Shown here piece by piece: positions 10,828-24,502 of a DNA stretch of 64,000 bases. Position numbers and translations under genes: made by a program. A model generated the notes under the pieces. It ran no database searches. It saw only the letters and a list, made by a program, of their open reading frames with translations, and was not told the origin of the DNA. The number at the start of each line of letters is the position of its first letter. The first letter of the stretch is position 1. Origin of the DNA: Octopus vulgaris (Eukaryota); NCBI GenBank assembly GCA_951406725.2, contig OX597815.1, positions 71,858,001-71,922,000 on the forward strand, read 5' to 3'.

Positions 10828-11418
10828 ACGATGTGATGTTCTACCGAATGCGCACACGTAATATTTAGAGCTAACTGTTTTGTGATTTTTGGATAATTTT
10901 TCAAAATCTTGTGGTATCTATTTCCTGAAGACGCTATGAAATATAGTGGACTAATTGTTGCCTTTCTGCATCTCATTCCCTGAATTTTTAATGACGTTTG
11001 TGTGTCTATTAATTTTTGTTTGTTAACATCTACCATTAAATGATAGTGCGCCAAAAAATCCGCTCCTAATATTGGATATGGCAAATCCGCTACTATGAAG
11101 ATCCATTTGTAGTCTCTTCGTAAATTTATATTGAGCGTTAAGCTAATCTCTCCAAATGTTTGGATTTCAGACTATTCACTGCTTGAAGAGTCATATACAC
11201 AGGTTTGGTTTTTTGTTTTAAAAGCCTTACAGGCCATATTGAACACGCTGTTCCTGTATCCACGAGAAATCTTTCTTTCGAGTTTAAGTCATAGACGAAA
11301 AACACGCGACTTTTTATAATATTATCCACAGATTTCGTCGCATCCAATCTATGGTTTAGAAGTTTTCCGAATTTCCCTTTTTTCTTAGCTAGGAAATCAA
11401 ACGCACAGGGTTTAATGC
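10828..11418 (-). pseudogene. gag C-terminus, aspartic protease and pre-RT linker, inverted
   Basis: CIKPCAF...GNSENF*, FLVDTGTACS, PILGADFL, VEHHIVT. Confidence 0.87.
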
Positions 11419-11419
11419 G

Positions 11420-12508
11420 AATAAGGATATTCGTTCATGGGTAAAGTCATGTATGCAATGTCAGAAATCCAAAGTACAACGTCATATCAAAGAACCATTA
11501 GGTACATTTGCAAATCCGGATGCGAGATTCCAACATATCCACATCGATATAGTGGGACCCTTATCTCCATGCGAGGATAATATGTATTTGTTGACGTGTG
11601 TCGATTGTTTTTCGAGATGGCCCGAGGCTTATCCGATAAAAGATGTATCTGTAGTAACTATAGCAAAAACCTTGTTTACCAATTGGATGTCTAGATTTGG
11701 CATCCCAAATGCAGTGACAACAGATCGTGGTAGACAATTTGAGTCTAGCTTGTTCGCAGAATTCAATAAATTGTTGGGGATTAATAGAATTCGTACAACT
11801 TCATATCACCCACAATCTAACGGAATGGTAGAAAGATTCCATAGACAGTTGAAAGCTTCATTAAGAACTTATTCTTATTCTAACGATTGGCTGCAGGCTT
11901 TGCCAGTGGTATTGTTGGGAATTAGAAGTGCGGTTAAGGAAACTATACAGTATTCTCCGGCTGAACTATTGTACGGAACAACATTAACTCTACCTGCTCA
12001 AATGTTCGAGGAAACTAATATTTTCAATGGAGATGTTAATGATTATGTAACTCGTCTAAAAAGATTTCTTACGGATATTCCTTCTTGTACAAGAAAATTG
12101 CAAAATGTTACAAGCTTTCTTCCTTCGGATATAAAATCTTGGACACATGTGTATGTCCGTAACGATGCAGCTCATAATTCACTGAGATATAAATACACCG
12201 GACCTTTTAAAGTCTTATCAGTTACAGACAAAACTATGACTTTGGAAATGAATGGAAAGAAAGAAAATGTCAGTGTCGACAGAGTAAAAAAAGCTTATTT
12301 CGACCAATATCCATGTCATGAAAACGGTGATATGAGCAACACACATCAACATAACGTGAAAACAAGTGACAGTCAAGGAAACAAATCCGATGTTGATGGA
12401 AAAACAAAATCAATTCTAAAGTTACCTACAAATAAAAAAAAACTAGAAGTGGTAGAACTGTCCATTTCCCAAGAAAACTTTCTCAGTTTGTTTGAGAATT
12501 TTATATAA
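11420..12508 (+). CDS. Gypsy integrase (N-terminally truncated)
   Basis: CMQCQ, HIDIVGPL, TDRGRQF, SNGMVERFH, YTGPFKV. Confidence 0.92.
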   Translation, partial: NKDIRSWVKSCMQCQKSKVQRHIKEPLGTFANPDARFQHIHIDIVGPLSPCEDNMYLLTCVDCFSRWPEAYPIKDVSVVTIAKTLFTNWMSRFGIPNAVTTDRGRQFESSLFAEFNKLLGINRIRTTSYHPQSNGMVERFHRQLKASLRTYSYSNDWLQALPVVLLGIRSAVKETIQYSPAELLYGTTLTLPAQMFEETNIFNGDVNDYVTRLKRFLTDIPSCTRKLQNVTSFLPSDIKSWTHVYVRNDAAHNSLRYKYTGPFKVLSVTDKTMTLEMNGKKENVSVDRVKKAYFDQYPCHENGDMSNTHQHNVKTSDSQGNKSDVDGKTKSILKLPTNKKKLEVVELSISQENFLSLFENFI

Positions 12509-12764
12509 AAAAAAAGAAAATTTTTTTTTATGATTTTATTCATGGATTATATAAAAAGAAAAAAGAAAAAAAAAAACATTATTTTTTTTTCAGCGAAAGG
12601 AGAGGAACAATGTACGAACATGATAAACGTAAGCCGTATTGGAAAGACTAAGTTCATATGTTTTAAACTTGTAAATGCATTTGTAAAAAAAAAATAAAAG
12701 AAAATATATATGTATAACGAATTTCCTTCGCAAAATTGTAACAATTTTTCTGGCGAGAGGCTGA

Positions 12765-13612
12765 TGTAGCGTGGCAGTTTCAGCCATTTTGAAATATGAC
12801 TATAGCGATTTCTAATATCTTCACTATTTGAAAGGCAAGGCAGAAATGATCTCGTTTGAGGTTACAGCCATCTTTGGCCAACTTGTTCCTGTTGTAAACA
12901 CTAACCTGATTGGTTGACACGTGACGCGATTTGTCTCCACTTATTTTCGCGCCACTGTCCCGAAACAACCAATCACGACCTTTGGTTAAGATTCCATTTC
13001 TGAGGCCCGTTTGAGCCACCCAACCGGTATATAAAGGAGTATTTTCAGACACTTTTTGTCTTTGGTTCCAGTTCTTCTAAGAACTAAGTTTAGACCACAG
13101 CGCTACTCAACCAAGCGATATACGATTGTTCCTGCTACCACTAGCTACGACGCTAATGTACACTCACCACAGAAAGCCTACTATCTTCGCCGTCTCTTCC
13201 ATCATGTATCAACTTCAAGTCGTTTTCAACATCCTGATATTGAACTCTTACACTTCGTGTACCTCCTGAACAGTAAATCAATTTCCATCATTAACCCTAT
13301 GCTCTGTACTTTTCTATGCCACACGCATTCACCCTGATTGTATCTGTCACACACACGAACACACAGACACAAACACGTGTTGCATGCACACATGCACACA
13401 CGCACTTGCTAGCACTCACAACCTTCTAACCTTAACACCAATTGTAAATAAAATAAAATCTTCTCTCAAACAGTGGAACGGCCTTGTCGTCAATTCATCT
13501 ATATTCTGTCGTTACTGCATGTATTTATGGCTTGTAATAATTCGTTAAGAATATGACCACGTGCGATCGTATTCCCTACACAATGCGACCACGTGTGTTC
13601 ATATTCCTTACA
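12765..13612 (+). repeat. 3' LTR (848 bp)
   Basis: TGTAGCG...CCTTACA, preceded by purine-rich GGCGAGAGG; AATAAA ~13447; ~32-bp tandem duplication at its end. Confidence 0.92.
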
Positions 13613-14020
13613 TTAGCATCAAAACCTGTTCCATTTATTTGATGACATTTATTGAACTCTCTCTAATGAAATGATTTTTCTAATGATTTTTATTTATATA
13701 TATTCATACGGAAATGAAAGGAATCCCTTAAATAAAGTATGATTTTTAAAAAACCTTGGAAACCTAGGGAATAATGCCCTAAACGGAAGAAGTATTTTCA
13801 TCCGGAAAAATATAATACATACGTACATGTATTGTCAATAGTTTATATTATGTTTTTCATAATTTGTATTCTTATCTTATATGTATTGAATTATAAGGTG
13901 TATGTATGCTATTAAGGTTCTCATTTTGTTAAATGAATAAATAATTCAACATTCTAATATCCGAAAGTTGATGAACAAGCTAAATTGTTTCTCCATTTTC
14001 GTATTTGTATTATATGTGTA

Positions 14021-14065
<45 letters not shown>

Positions 14066-14280
14066 TCAATATAGGGTGGCAAAAAAAAATTTTGTAGAAT
14101 TCTTTTGCCACCAGCGGCCTAGTAGTCATAGACCATTAATTTTAAATTTTCTCCTGGTTTACTGAGTTAACTTTTATTTGCGGTTGAAGCTTTGGCTGTT
14201 ATTTCTAGTGGGTGAATGGCCTATTATGGCCGTTCCTTTATTGTTGATATATATATATATATATATATATATTTAAAGGT

Positions 14281-14880
14281 CACAATACATGTATTAAAGC
14301 GCTACTAATAGTTTCATATGTTGAGAACGCTCACACATATTCTTCAGGTGCAAACCACCTATCATAACGAACTGAAGAAATTTGAGTAATAAAAGAAACG
14401 CGAAAAATCTGAGAAAGCAGCATATAGAAAATGCCGACAGTAAACAACGGAAAACGAAAAACGGAAAACGAAAACCGAAAAACAGAAACTAAAATGTCAA
14501 AATTAAAAAGTAAAATGGTATAAGAGCCATCAGACCTTAAATGGTAAAGATGGAAAGATATCGAGTCAGTCAGGAATAGGCGGAATTTTCCAATTCTTCA
14601 AAATATATTTATACGTATGCATGCAACCACTGAAAATTTCTGACCTAGAGTTCAATAGAGCGTTAGGAATCTGAACAGGATCTACTCTCTTTCGCCAAAC
14701 AAAGTCTACATTTATTCGATCCAATCACATAAGGTGTAGATTTCTCAGTTACTTTCCATTTAATCCCTGCGGTATTTCGTTATCCATCAAAGTCCATACG
14801 TAGCTAGCTTTACTTTTGTCCCTATGTCGGAAGGAGGGTAGATGATTGGCATAGCGATTTTTAAACTCACCTACACGGAT
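14281..14880 (-). mobile_element. Penelope-like element 3' remnant (GIY-YIG C-terminus plus hammerhead-bearing UTR) between (TA)n tracts
   Basis: FKNRYANHLPSFRH...YVW...KCRLCLA...LLNSRSEIFSGCMH. Confidence 0.8.
14299..14351 (-). ncRNA. Type I hammerhead ribozyme motif
   Basis: GCAC CTGAAGA ATATG..CATAT GAAA CTA T TAG TA GCGC. Confidence 0.75.
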
Positions 14881-14887
14881 CACTGCA

Positions 14888-14952
<65 letters not shown>

Positions 14953-14969
14953 TTGATAGATAGATAGAT

Positions 14970-15014
<45 letters not shown>

Positions 15015-15110
15015 TAGATAGATAGATATATAGATAGATAGATAAAACTTGGAAGTGGATGCGTGGCGTTCGATCATATGATAACAAAATAATATATAAA
15101 CATATGCATA

Positions 15111-15275
15111 GGCGCAGGAGTGGCTGTGTGGTAAGTAGCTTGTTTACCAACCACATGGTTCCGGGTTCAGTCCCACTGCGTGTCACCTTGGGCAAGTGTC
15201 TTCTACTATAGCCTCGGGCCGACCAAAGCCTTGTGAGTGGATTAGGTAGACGGAAACTGAAAGAATCCCGCCGTA

Positions 15276-15321
<46 letters not shown>

Positions 15322-15540
15322 TGTGTGTGTTTGTGTGTCTGTGTTTGTCCCCCTAGCATTGCTTGACAACTGATGCTGGTGTGTTCATGTCCCCGTTACT
15401 TAGCGGTTCGGCAAAAGAGACCGATAGAATAAGTACTGGGCTTACAAAAGAATAAGTCCCGGGGTCGAGTTGCTCGATTAAAGGCGGTGCTCCAGCATGA
15501 CCGCAGTCAAATGACTGAAACAAGTAAAAGAGTAAAAGAG
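15111..15540 (+). mobile_element. tRNA-derived SINE family A; other copies ~16200-16753(+), 20425-20938(-), 28227-28550(+), 43540-43720(-), 50735-51030(-), 59220-59622(-)
   Basis: A-box TGGCTGTGTGG, B-box GGTTCAGTCCC, CCTTGGGCAAGT core, internal microsatellite, shared 3' half ending GAAACAAGTAAAAGAG. Confidence 0.88.
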
Positions 15541-16403
15541 TATATATACATACATATATCTACATACCTACATCTATATGTATATATACATGCATACATG
15601 GGTACAAGACACCAAAAAGACGTTGAACATAATGAGAAACGAAAACATAAAAGCAAAAAGATGAAAACGGACTTTTTTTCAAACAACGAAAGAACAGAGT
15701 ACAAGACATACAACACAAGGAATATTCCCCTTCTTCAGCTGTCCCTGTTTCGGCTACTCCGCGTTTTGAAGGTAAGGACAAGATGCGACTTCGTTGAAAC
15801 AGTCATTCCCGCAAAGCAAATCAAATAAAATTTGGGATTTTTTGCAGAGGGGTAAAAGTGGTAACAAGAACAAGACAGTAAAAACAAAGCAAGACAGTAA
15901 AACCAATGCAAATAAAAACAGTAAAAGACAGGACAAGGAGAATAACACAGTAAAAACAAACGATGGGGGCTATTATGCCGAGATGATGGAAAAATTATTT
16001 TGAACGCATTGGTAACTATATGCATAGTATCATATAAACATATACATACATACGTAAAAACATTATTCTACTTCTTTTGCCAATAGTGTATATTTCAGTA
16101 AGCTTATTGTCCCATTAAGAATTTTTTTACATTTGTGCCACTTTTACCTGTGCCATTAATACCACTCACTATGAATGAGTGATAAAGGAAACCGCTTTGC
16201 AGCCACGTGGTTTTTACGTTTAATCCCTCTGCATAGCAACTTGGGCAGGTGTCTCCTACCTAGTGAATGAATTTAGTTGGCTGAAACTGTGTGGAAACTC
16301 GTTGTAGAACCTTGAGCAAATACTTTTTGCAACTGCTCCGGGCAAACCAAATCCCTGTGAATGAATTTGCTGGATGGAAACTGAAAGAAACCCATCATGT
16401 ATG

Positions 16404-16546
<143 letters not shown>

Positions 16547-16918
16547 GTGTGTCTGTGTTTGTGCCCCTAGCATTGCTTGACAACCGATGCTGGTGTGTTT
16601 ATGTCCCCGTTACTTAGCGGTTCGGTAAAAGAGACCGATAGGATAAGTACTGGGCTTACAAAAGAATAAGTCCCGGGGTCGAGTTGCTCGATTAAAGGCG
16701 GTGCTCCAGCATGGCCGCAGTCAAATGACTGAAACAAGTAAAAGAGCAAAAGAGTATATATACATACATATATCTACATATCTACATCTATATGTATATA
16801 TACATGTATATATGGGTACAGGACACCAAAAAGACGTTGAACACAATGAGAAACGAAAACATAAAAACAAAAACATGAAAACGGACTTTTTTTCAAACAA
16901 CGAAAGAACAGAGTACAA

Positions 16919-16994
<76 letters not shown>

Positions 16995-17001
16995 ATATAT
17001 A

Positions 17002-17175
17002 TCACTGCACATTCTTTATTTACCCTCCTTGTTTCTTTCTGTGTTCCTTTCTGTGGAAGAGCGTAGGCTCGAAACGTCAACGACATTTTCACTTCCCGAG
17101 CGTTAAACTAATTCATCTGTTTGTTGTCTACACCACCTGTCTTCGTCTTATGTTCTTTTTGTGAATTCTCCCAAT
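17002..17175 (+). mobile_element. Short non-coding Penelope-derived element with minimal hammerhead-like motif; relatives 31790-31990(-), 32440-32605(+), 34940-35143(+), 38390-38590(-)
   Basis: Shared CTGTSGAAGAGCGTAGGCTCGAAACGT and downstream GAGCG...CTAATACAT...ACCTG; all next to TA/TG tracts. Confidence 0.7.
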
Positions 17176-17430
17176 ATATATATATATATATGAAATGTGT
17201 GTGTGTTATTTTTTTTGCCTTGATGTCGTATAGTAGTAGTAAATGAGAACCACTATCACGCAAGCGCTGTCCTTTGCTTCAAATCTTCCGTAGAAATATG
17301 CCACCTGTTCATGGAGGCATATTACCTTTTCGGAATCAGTTGAGGATTAGCGACAAGGATATCTAGTTGCAGAAATTCTGCCTCAAAAAATTCCGTCTGA
17401 CCCATGCAAACGTGGAAAAGTGGTTGCTAA

Positions 17431-17479
<49 letters not shown>

Positions 17480-17932
17480 CGACGACGACGATGTCGAGGA
17501 TGAGTTTAGATATTACCCTGACAGCCTATTCTGCAATTCCTGGCATTATTTAATTTACCAGAAGAGGGTTATATAATAACTAAGTTGTCATCCTATTATG
17601 AAGAATTGGTACCTTTCTGCTTGGTTATTAAATCGTGTGGCGTTTGATTCAGTCCAATCCAATGTTTATCGACCGTTCCAGTACTGCTGTTGTTGTTATC
17701 ATTTCACTAATCGATAACAGACCATTAACATTTGAACATTTTCAATATTCAATGCAAAAAGTATTCACAACTGACTAATCGAGGAAGAAGGGCTACCAGC
17801 AACGATACCAACAATAAAGAAGACTTTGTGTGTGTGTGTGTGTGTGTGTATGTGTGTGTGTGTGTGTGTGTGTGCGTGTGTGCGTGTGCGCGTGCGAGCG
17901 TGAGCGTGGATATGTACGTGTGTTTGTGTACG

Positions 17933-17992
<60 letters not shown>

Positions 17993-18069
17993 ATTATATA
18001 TAGGTATTATATATATATGTGTATTATATATAGGTATTATATATATGTATATAGAGATAAATAAATATA

Positions 18070-18900
18070 TATATCCATATGGTATAAAAGGTATTGGTAT
18101 CTAGAAGACCCAAGGAGTGGCTGGTAACACTAAGTAAGTGCTATGGACAGACTGAAGTTAAACTCTTGGTTTGATAGTGATACGAGTGAAGAGTTTAATG
18201 TGGGTCGTAGCATATTTTTCAGGACAATTATAAGGAAAAAGATATAGATATAGTCTTGCAGCTGTTTCTGGGATATTATGGATATCCCTTCATCAAAGAC
18301 GATGTGAGATGGTTAAATAGAGGTAAATATTTGAATTCGAAATAAGGAATTATGGAAAGGGAGGTAATAGGGAATATAGAGAGAAATAAGAGAATGAAGG
18401 TAGAAATACAATATAAAATAAATATAGATATTGTAGTTGCAGTTCCATTATTCGAGGAAAATGGTGTATAGAAGTGGTAAATAAGTTTCCTGTAGATGGA
18501 TGTAAGTTCCAGTAGTAGTTCATGTTCAGTCATTTCAAAATATGGAGCCGTGGATTCTGAGTTGCTCATTTGAAAGTGCCTTGTGGTGTGAATAAAAATT
18601 TGAGAATGTATTGGTAGTATTTGTGGGTAGATGGGAGTAGAGAGATGCGTATGATTAGAATGAGGAGATGGGTTAAAATGAAAACAGGAAGAAAAATGAG
18701 AGGAAGAAAGAGAGAGAAAAAAGAGAAAAATGAAGAGTGAAAAAGTGAAGAAAGGGTGAAAGAAGAGAGAAAAGGAGTGTTAGTTGGTGGTCAAGATAAT
18801 GTGAGGGAAGGGTGGGAGAGGAGTGGGGAAGAGATAGGAAGAGATGAGAAGGTAAGGAGTGAATAAATGTGAGATATATGAGTAAGGGTGATTTGATAGA
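18070..18900 (-). mobile_element. Degenerate Penelope-like remnant with hammerhead motif at 18253-18300
   Basis: Minus strand GTCT TTGATGA AGGGATA..TATCCC A GAAA CAGCTG CA AGAC (two core mismatches); abuts a TA-rich tract. Confidence 0.55.
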
Positions 18901-21900
18901 GCTGCATTAAAAGGAAGTTTTTCCAGAAATCCTGTCCTTTACCTATTGTTTCTAGCATGTCCGAAGTGACATTTGCACACCCACCTTATTTTTTTCCTAA
19001 AATTCTTCTGATTCCTATGTTTTCGACACAGGAGGTTAGGATTTAGCCCCCAAAACACGTTCTCAACATTTCATTTTCTCCCTCCCCACCCCAATTTCTT
19101 CATTGTTTACTTTTTTCCAAATTTGTTTGGTAATCCACGTAGAAAAAGACAGTGATTACGAATCTTTAAGAATTTTTTTCTTCCTTTTTTTCTTAAAGAA
19201 ACACTAAAATCTCTTTCCCAAACATCCAACCATCACTTCACTACTTTGAAAAAGCCACAAACTTCCAGTGTTTCACTTTTAGCTTTTTGGAAAGCGAGGA
19301 AGTTTCTTCAAAAATTATGTCGTTTACCTGTTGTTTCTTGCAAATCAGGTTTTCTGGTGGTGGTCTGGTATTTTTACATCACTATTACCTATGCGTGAAA
19401 CATCAAACGAAAGTGAGATATTAGGAAGCTTTAGCTTTTTGAAAGCGGGTAGGTGATGGGAGGAAAAATCAAACTAAGAAAAAAATTTCCAAATTCGTAA
19501 TCACTCTATTCTACGTCGATAAAAAAAATTCGGAAAAAGTTACAAATTAAGAAATTGCAGCGGGGTTGGGGATATATTAAAATTTTGAAAACGTGATTTC
19601 TGAGCAAAATCGCATTAACCCCCCTATTATACGATGAAACAATACATAGTTTGTGATCCTTCTGAAGAACAGAAAGCAGTTTCATGCAAGCCAATGCAAA
19701 TAGTACCCCCTACCCCCCACTCGCCTTCACTTTTAAACGAACAATAACCTCCATTACGCCAATAATCCAGTTTACTATATATCAGCTGTATCGATTCTGC
19801 CCATAAGAAAGGAACAAATAATACAATGTGGCTGTAGGTCACAACAACCGAACAAGTGTGTGTGTGTGTGTGAGACGTCCTGTACCTATATATGCATATA
19901 TATATATACACACAGGCACACTCATATATAATATCATTTATATTATTATTTAATTGAACACTACACATCCATTTCCAAGTAAGTTTATTAACCTTTTTGA
20001 TGCGACTCCACTCTATACTGTTTTCTTCCACCATCCTTCTCTAATTCCCTTTTCTCCCCTTCACCCGCCTCTCTCCTCTTTTTCTCTTTTACTTTCTCTC
20101 ATTGCTCACACGTGACCATTGTCCATCTTTCTTTTCTTCACATGACCATCTTTCTTTTCCCTGCACGGACGTTTAAAAGACTAGACGTATTTTCTCTCTC
20201 TCTCTCTTCTATCTTTTCTCTTATCAAAAAAAAAAATTTCTCCCAGCGTTCACTATTTTCCTCTCGTTCTGGTCTAAAGACCCCCCCCCCCCCATGTTTG
20301 TTTTCGTTCGGCTTTCTTATATATCTCCACTGTCCTGTTTTTGTTCCCAACTTTGACCCTCCATAAATCCAAAATTAACCACACAACCATGTTGTAATAA
20401 ATATAATTTTTTAGGATAATTTTATCATTTACTTGTTTTAGTTAATAGGCTGCGGCCATGCTGGGGCACCGCCTCGAAGAATTTTAGTCGAACGAATCGA
20501 CCTCAGTACTTACAATTTTTTAGTAAAGCCTTGTACTTATTCTATCAGTTTCTTTTGCCGAGCCGCTAAGTTACGGGGACATAAACACCAAAACCGGTTG
20601 TCAAGCGGTGGTGGGGGACAAACACGTACACAAACATGTACACAAAGACAGAGATAAACACGTACACAAAGGCGCACACACACACGCACATGCACGCACG
20701 CGCGCGCACACACATGCACGCACGCGCGCACACACATGCACACGCACACATACACGCACACACACACATTTACACAGCTGACGTCTTTCAGTTTCCATCT
20801 ACCAAATCCACTCATAAGGCTTTGGACGGCCGGGGGCTATAGTAGAAGATACCTGCCGAAGATGCCACGCAGTGGGACTGAACCCGGAGCCATGTGGTTG
20901 GGAAGCAAGTTTCTTACCACACAGCCACGCCTGCGCCTAGTACACTACTATCAGCCATCATGCATGAGACAGTAACATATACCATACTTTTACTAATACT
21001 TTCAGGTGACCGTGTAGTCGCCAGCAGACATAGACATAATCTGAGGTTCGTCACTCTTGACTCGGTGGAACATCGAAGATGACAGGCAGAGGAAGAGAGA
21101 GGCTTGCACCTGGTTGGTATTCGTTGCAGTTGACAAGACTAAAGTAACATGAAATTAAGTGCCGAGTTCAAGAACACGATGTATCACATGGTCCAGGAAT
21201 TGAACATATCTCGTTATGATCATGAGCGACATTCCTTATCCGCTTGGCTATGTACTTCCACAGAATTGTTGAAGCGATTTAACAATTCAAAGATGCCATA
21301 TGCATTAAAATTTTAAAAATTTTTTAAATGTATTAAATATGCATTAAAATAAAAAGAAAAAAAAGTTAAGTAAATTTTAATATTTTATGTAGGAGAATTA
21401 AAAAGTTAATTTGAAAGGAAAAACAGAAAATCAGTATTAGTCGCATTATTCTCCTTTTCCACCAACCCTTTCCCATTACATATATTGCTAACAGCAGTCC
21501 TTCCTAACGATACCCCTGTCAGCCTCCCAGCATTTCCATCCTTACGTCCATCACATTTCGTCCTCAGCACTGTGCACCTCACGCCACAAACTCTTGCACC
21601 TCGCGCCACAAACTTCTTCACATCATTTCTGCTGCCACCTATTACTTCCTTTGATCCACATCTACTTTCTCCACCTTCTCTCGCTGACATTCACATTTGA
21701 CCTTCGTCACTCACTCTACCTCCCTACCTCTCTCTCTATCTGCACTCATCTCTCGTACTCCTACAAACGTACTCACCCATACCACTTCTTTTTTATGCAC
21801 TTTTGGGTAACTTAACGGTATGGCCTCACACATCTTCACCAACATCTTCGTTTTCCAGTCAGAGTAGCCATGTATCTCCTCTACAGCAAGACACCTGTTT

Positions 21901-22827
21901 CTGTCCCTTTATCATACTCTAACCTCTCATCATCTGGCATAAAACCACCTCCCTCAACACTACTCTACACCTTACTTGAGGGCTCTTGTCTTGTGAGTTA
22001 CCTGTTGTCCTCACTAGAGCTGGTGCCACGTAAGAAGCACCCAATACACCCAGAAAAGTGGTTGGTATTAGGAAAAGCTCTAGAAACAATGGTATAGCAG
22101 GCATCGAAACCTGATGTAGTCCCCAAGCTCGCCAGTTCCTGTCGAACCGCCCAACATTTACCAGCATAGAAAACGGACTTTGAATGATAATTATCTCAAG
22201 GGAGACAACTTGAAACATGTTTGAGTATTATTCTGACCTCATCTAATATAGATCATGCCTAACAGATCACTTGATAGATTATTATACTACTACAGAAGCA
22301 CATATTAGTGGCAATGGAATATGAAAAACAAAATAAAAAGACAAAGCCTGCTATAAACATTCATAGAAACATGAATTACTTGACAACGAATTGCTTTAGA
22401 AAGGTAGATCATTTGTTTTTGTTTGGTTGTAAGAGACAAAGAGAGAGAGGGGGAGGGAGAGAGATGTGAGAAAGAAAGAGAGAGATGGAGAGGGAGGAAA
22501 GGGGAGAGGAATGTTAAAATGTGAAAACTCTTCATTTATCTGTAATAAAACAATTAAATAGGAAACGTTTTGTTTACCTTACCAAGAAAACATTACCAGA
22601 TATAAGCGAAATGCAAAACACCTGTTATATATATATATTATATACATATTATATATATATTATTTATGATATATATATATATATATATATTATATATTAC
22701 ATATATTATATATTATATATTACATATTATATATAATGTTATATATATATATGTGTGCGTATATATATATATATACACACACACAAATTATATATAGACG
22801 CATACACACGCACACATATACATATAC

Positions 22828-22870
<43 letters not shown>

Positions 22871-23348
22871 GCGCGCGCGCACATATAAACTTCAGCATGG
22901 TGTAACATGGGTTGATTTTTATTTCATCTTGTATATATAACTCTATAATGTTTGGTTGTGGTAATGGTGTTTGACTTTCTGTTACAACAAACAAACAAAC
23001 GAAACCAAAAAAAAAAAAAAAAAAAATCCAAAATCCCTGACTTCATACATATTGATGGACTCCGGTTTGCAAGAGCCAGCCATGCTTCCTGTCCCATTTC
23101 CCGCTTCATTGAATGTTACATTCCAATTCCCAGCAGTGATTTGTTGGCTTTTATCTAACACTAATATATTATTGGAAATAAAACGTGTCAACATCAGTGA
23201 AAACCCATGCACATTACGTGAGTGCATACACACGCAGATACTTTCATGCACACATGCGCTTACACAACAACAACACAAGACAAATCATTTGCACACGTTA
23301 AACGTATGTCTATATATGCATAGGTATATCTACATGTATTCACACATG

Positions 23349-23380
<32 letters not shown>

Positions 23381-23412
23381 CACATATATAAATTCACACA
23401 CACATACATTCA

Positions 23413-23448
<36 letters not shown>

Positions 23449-23456
23449 TTGTGTGT

Positions 23457-23527
<71 letters not shown>

Positions 23528-23624
23528 TGTGTACGTTTGATAATAAACAATATATAGAACTGTAAAGGTAAGTATATATATTAGTAACTTTTAACTTCCG
23601 CTGATTAAAAAATAATAATTAATC

Positions 23625-23674
<50 letters not shown>

Positions 23675-23730
23675 CTCACACACATTTACACATAAATATA
23701 CGCATATATATATGTGTATGTATATATATG

Positions 23731-23769
<39 letters not shown>

Positions 23770-24388
23770 AGGAGAAAGAAGGAAAGAGAGCATAGTTACA
23801 TTTATTGTCGCTTATATTATTAACGCCTTTCATGTATTTTTTGGTTGCAGCTTTCGTTAGAAGCATTTGATGTAGTAATACATGCGTATGTTGTCTTAAG
23901 GGATAATTTTTTCTGACTGGTTTTGTTCATACAGCCTTAACAACATGCTAAACCAAAGTTCTCTTGCTATATCCATAAGTCATAAAAAAATCTCCAACGA
24001 TCGAAACGTCTTTTCTTTATTTTTGTATTCGTTTTTGTTTTAAATTCATTAATAATATTTCGCTAACCAAATATGTCTACGTTATTACGAATCTTAACAA
24101 GCAGACGTTCAACGTACCACTCAACCTGAACTGTGATGAAAATGTATTTTAGAAACTAGGGCGAACTCTTACGAACCTAAGGTTGAGGATAAGATAAGAG
24201 AGATGGGGGGTCAGACGCGAATACCTCTCTCGTTAACGGAAGTGAAGGAGAACGATGTTTCCTAGCTTGCGTACCTCCCTCGTTTCCATCAACGACGCTG
24301 AATATTTAGAGGCTCCAATCAGTGAGCCACGGTTCTAACGGACAGCTAAACCTAAATAACCATGTGTACTAGTCTAGTTTTGTGTTTG

Positions 24389-24501
<113 letters not shown>

Positions 24502-24502
24502 A

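Larger units (their letters stand above)
9446..13612 (+). mobile_element. Ty3/Gypsy LTR retrotransposon, internally rearranged, RT/RNase H deleted
   Basis: TG...CA termini, 4-bp TSD TTAG (9442-9445, 13613-13616), gag, protease and integrase remnants. Confidence 0.92.

Noticed and set aside
9461-13052. Identical 90-aa ORFs at 9461-9733 and 12780-13052
   Set aside because: Result of LTR duplication; non-ATG start, no recognisable domain
15111-15190. tRNA-like A/B boxes here and in other SINE heads
   Set aside because: No complete cloverleaf; each continues into a SINE body
15720-15810. CTGAAGA and GAAAC on the minus strand suggesting a hammerhead
   Set aside because: Could not assemble consistent stems around the core
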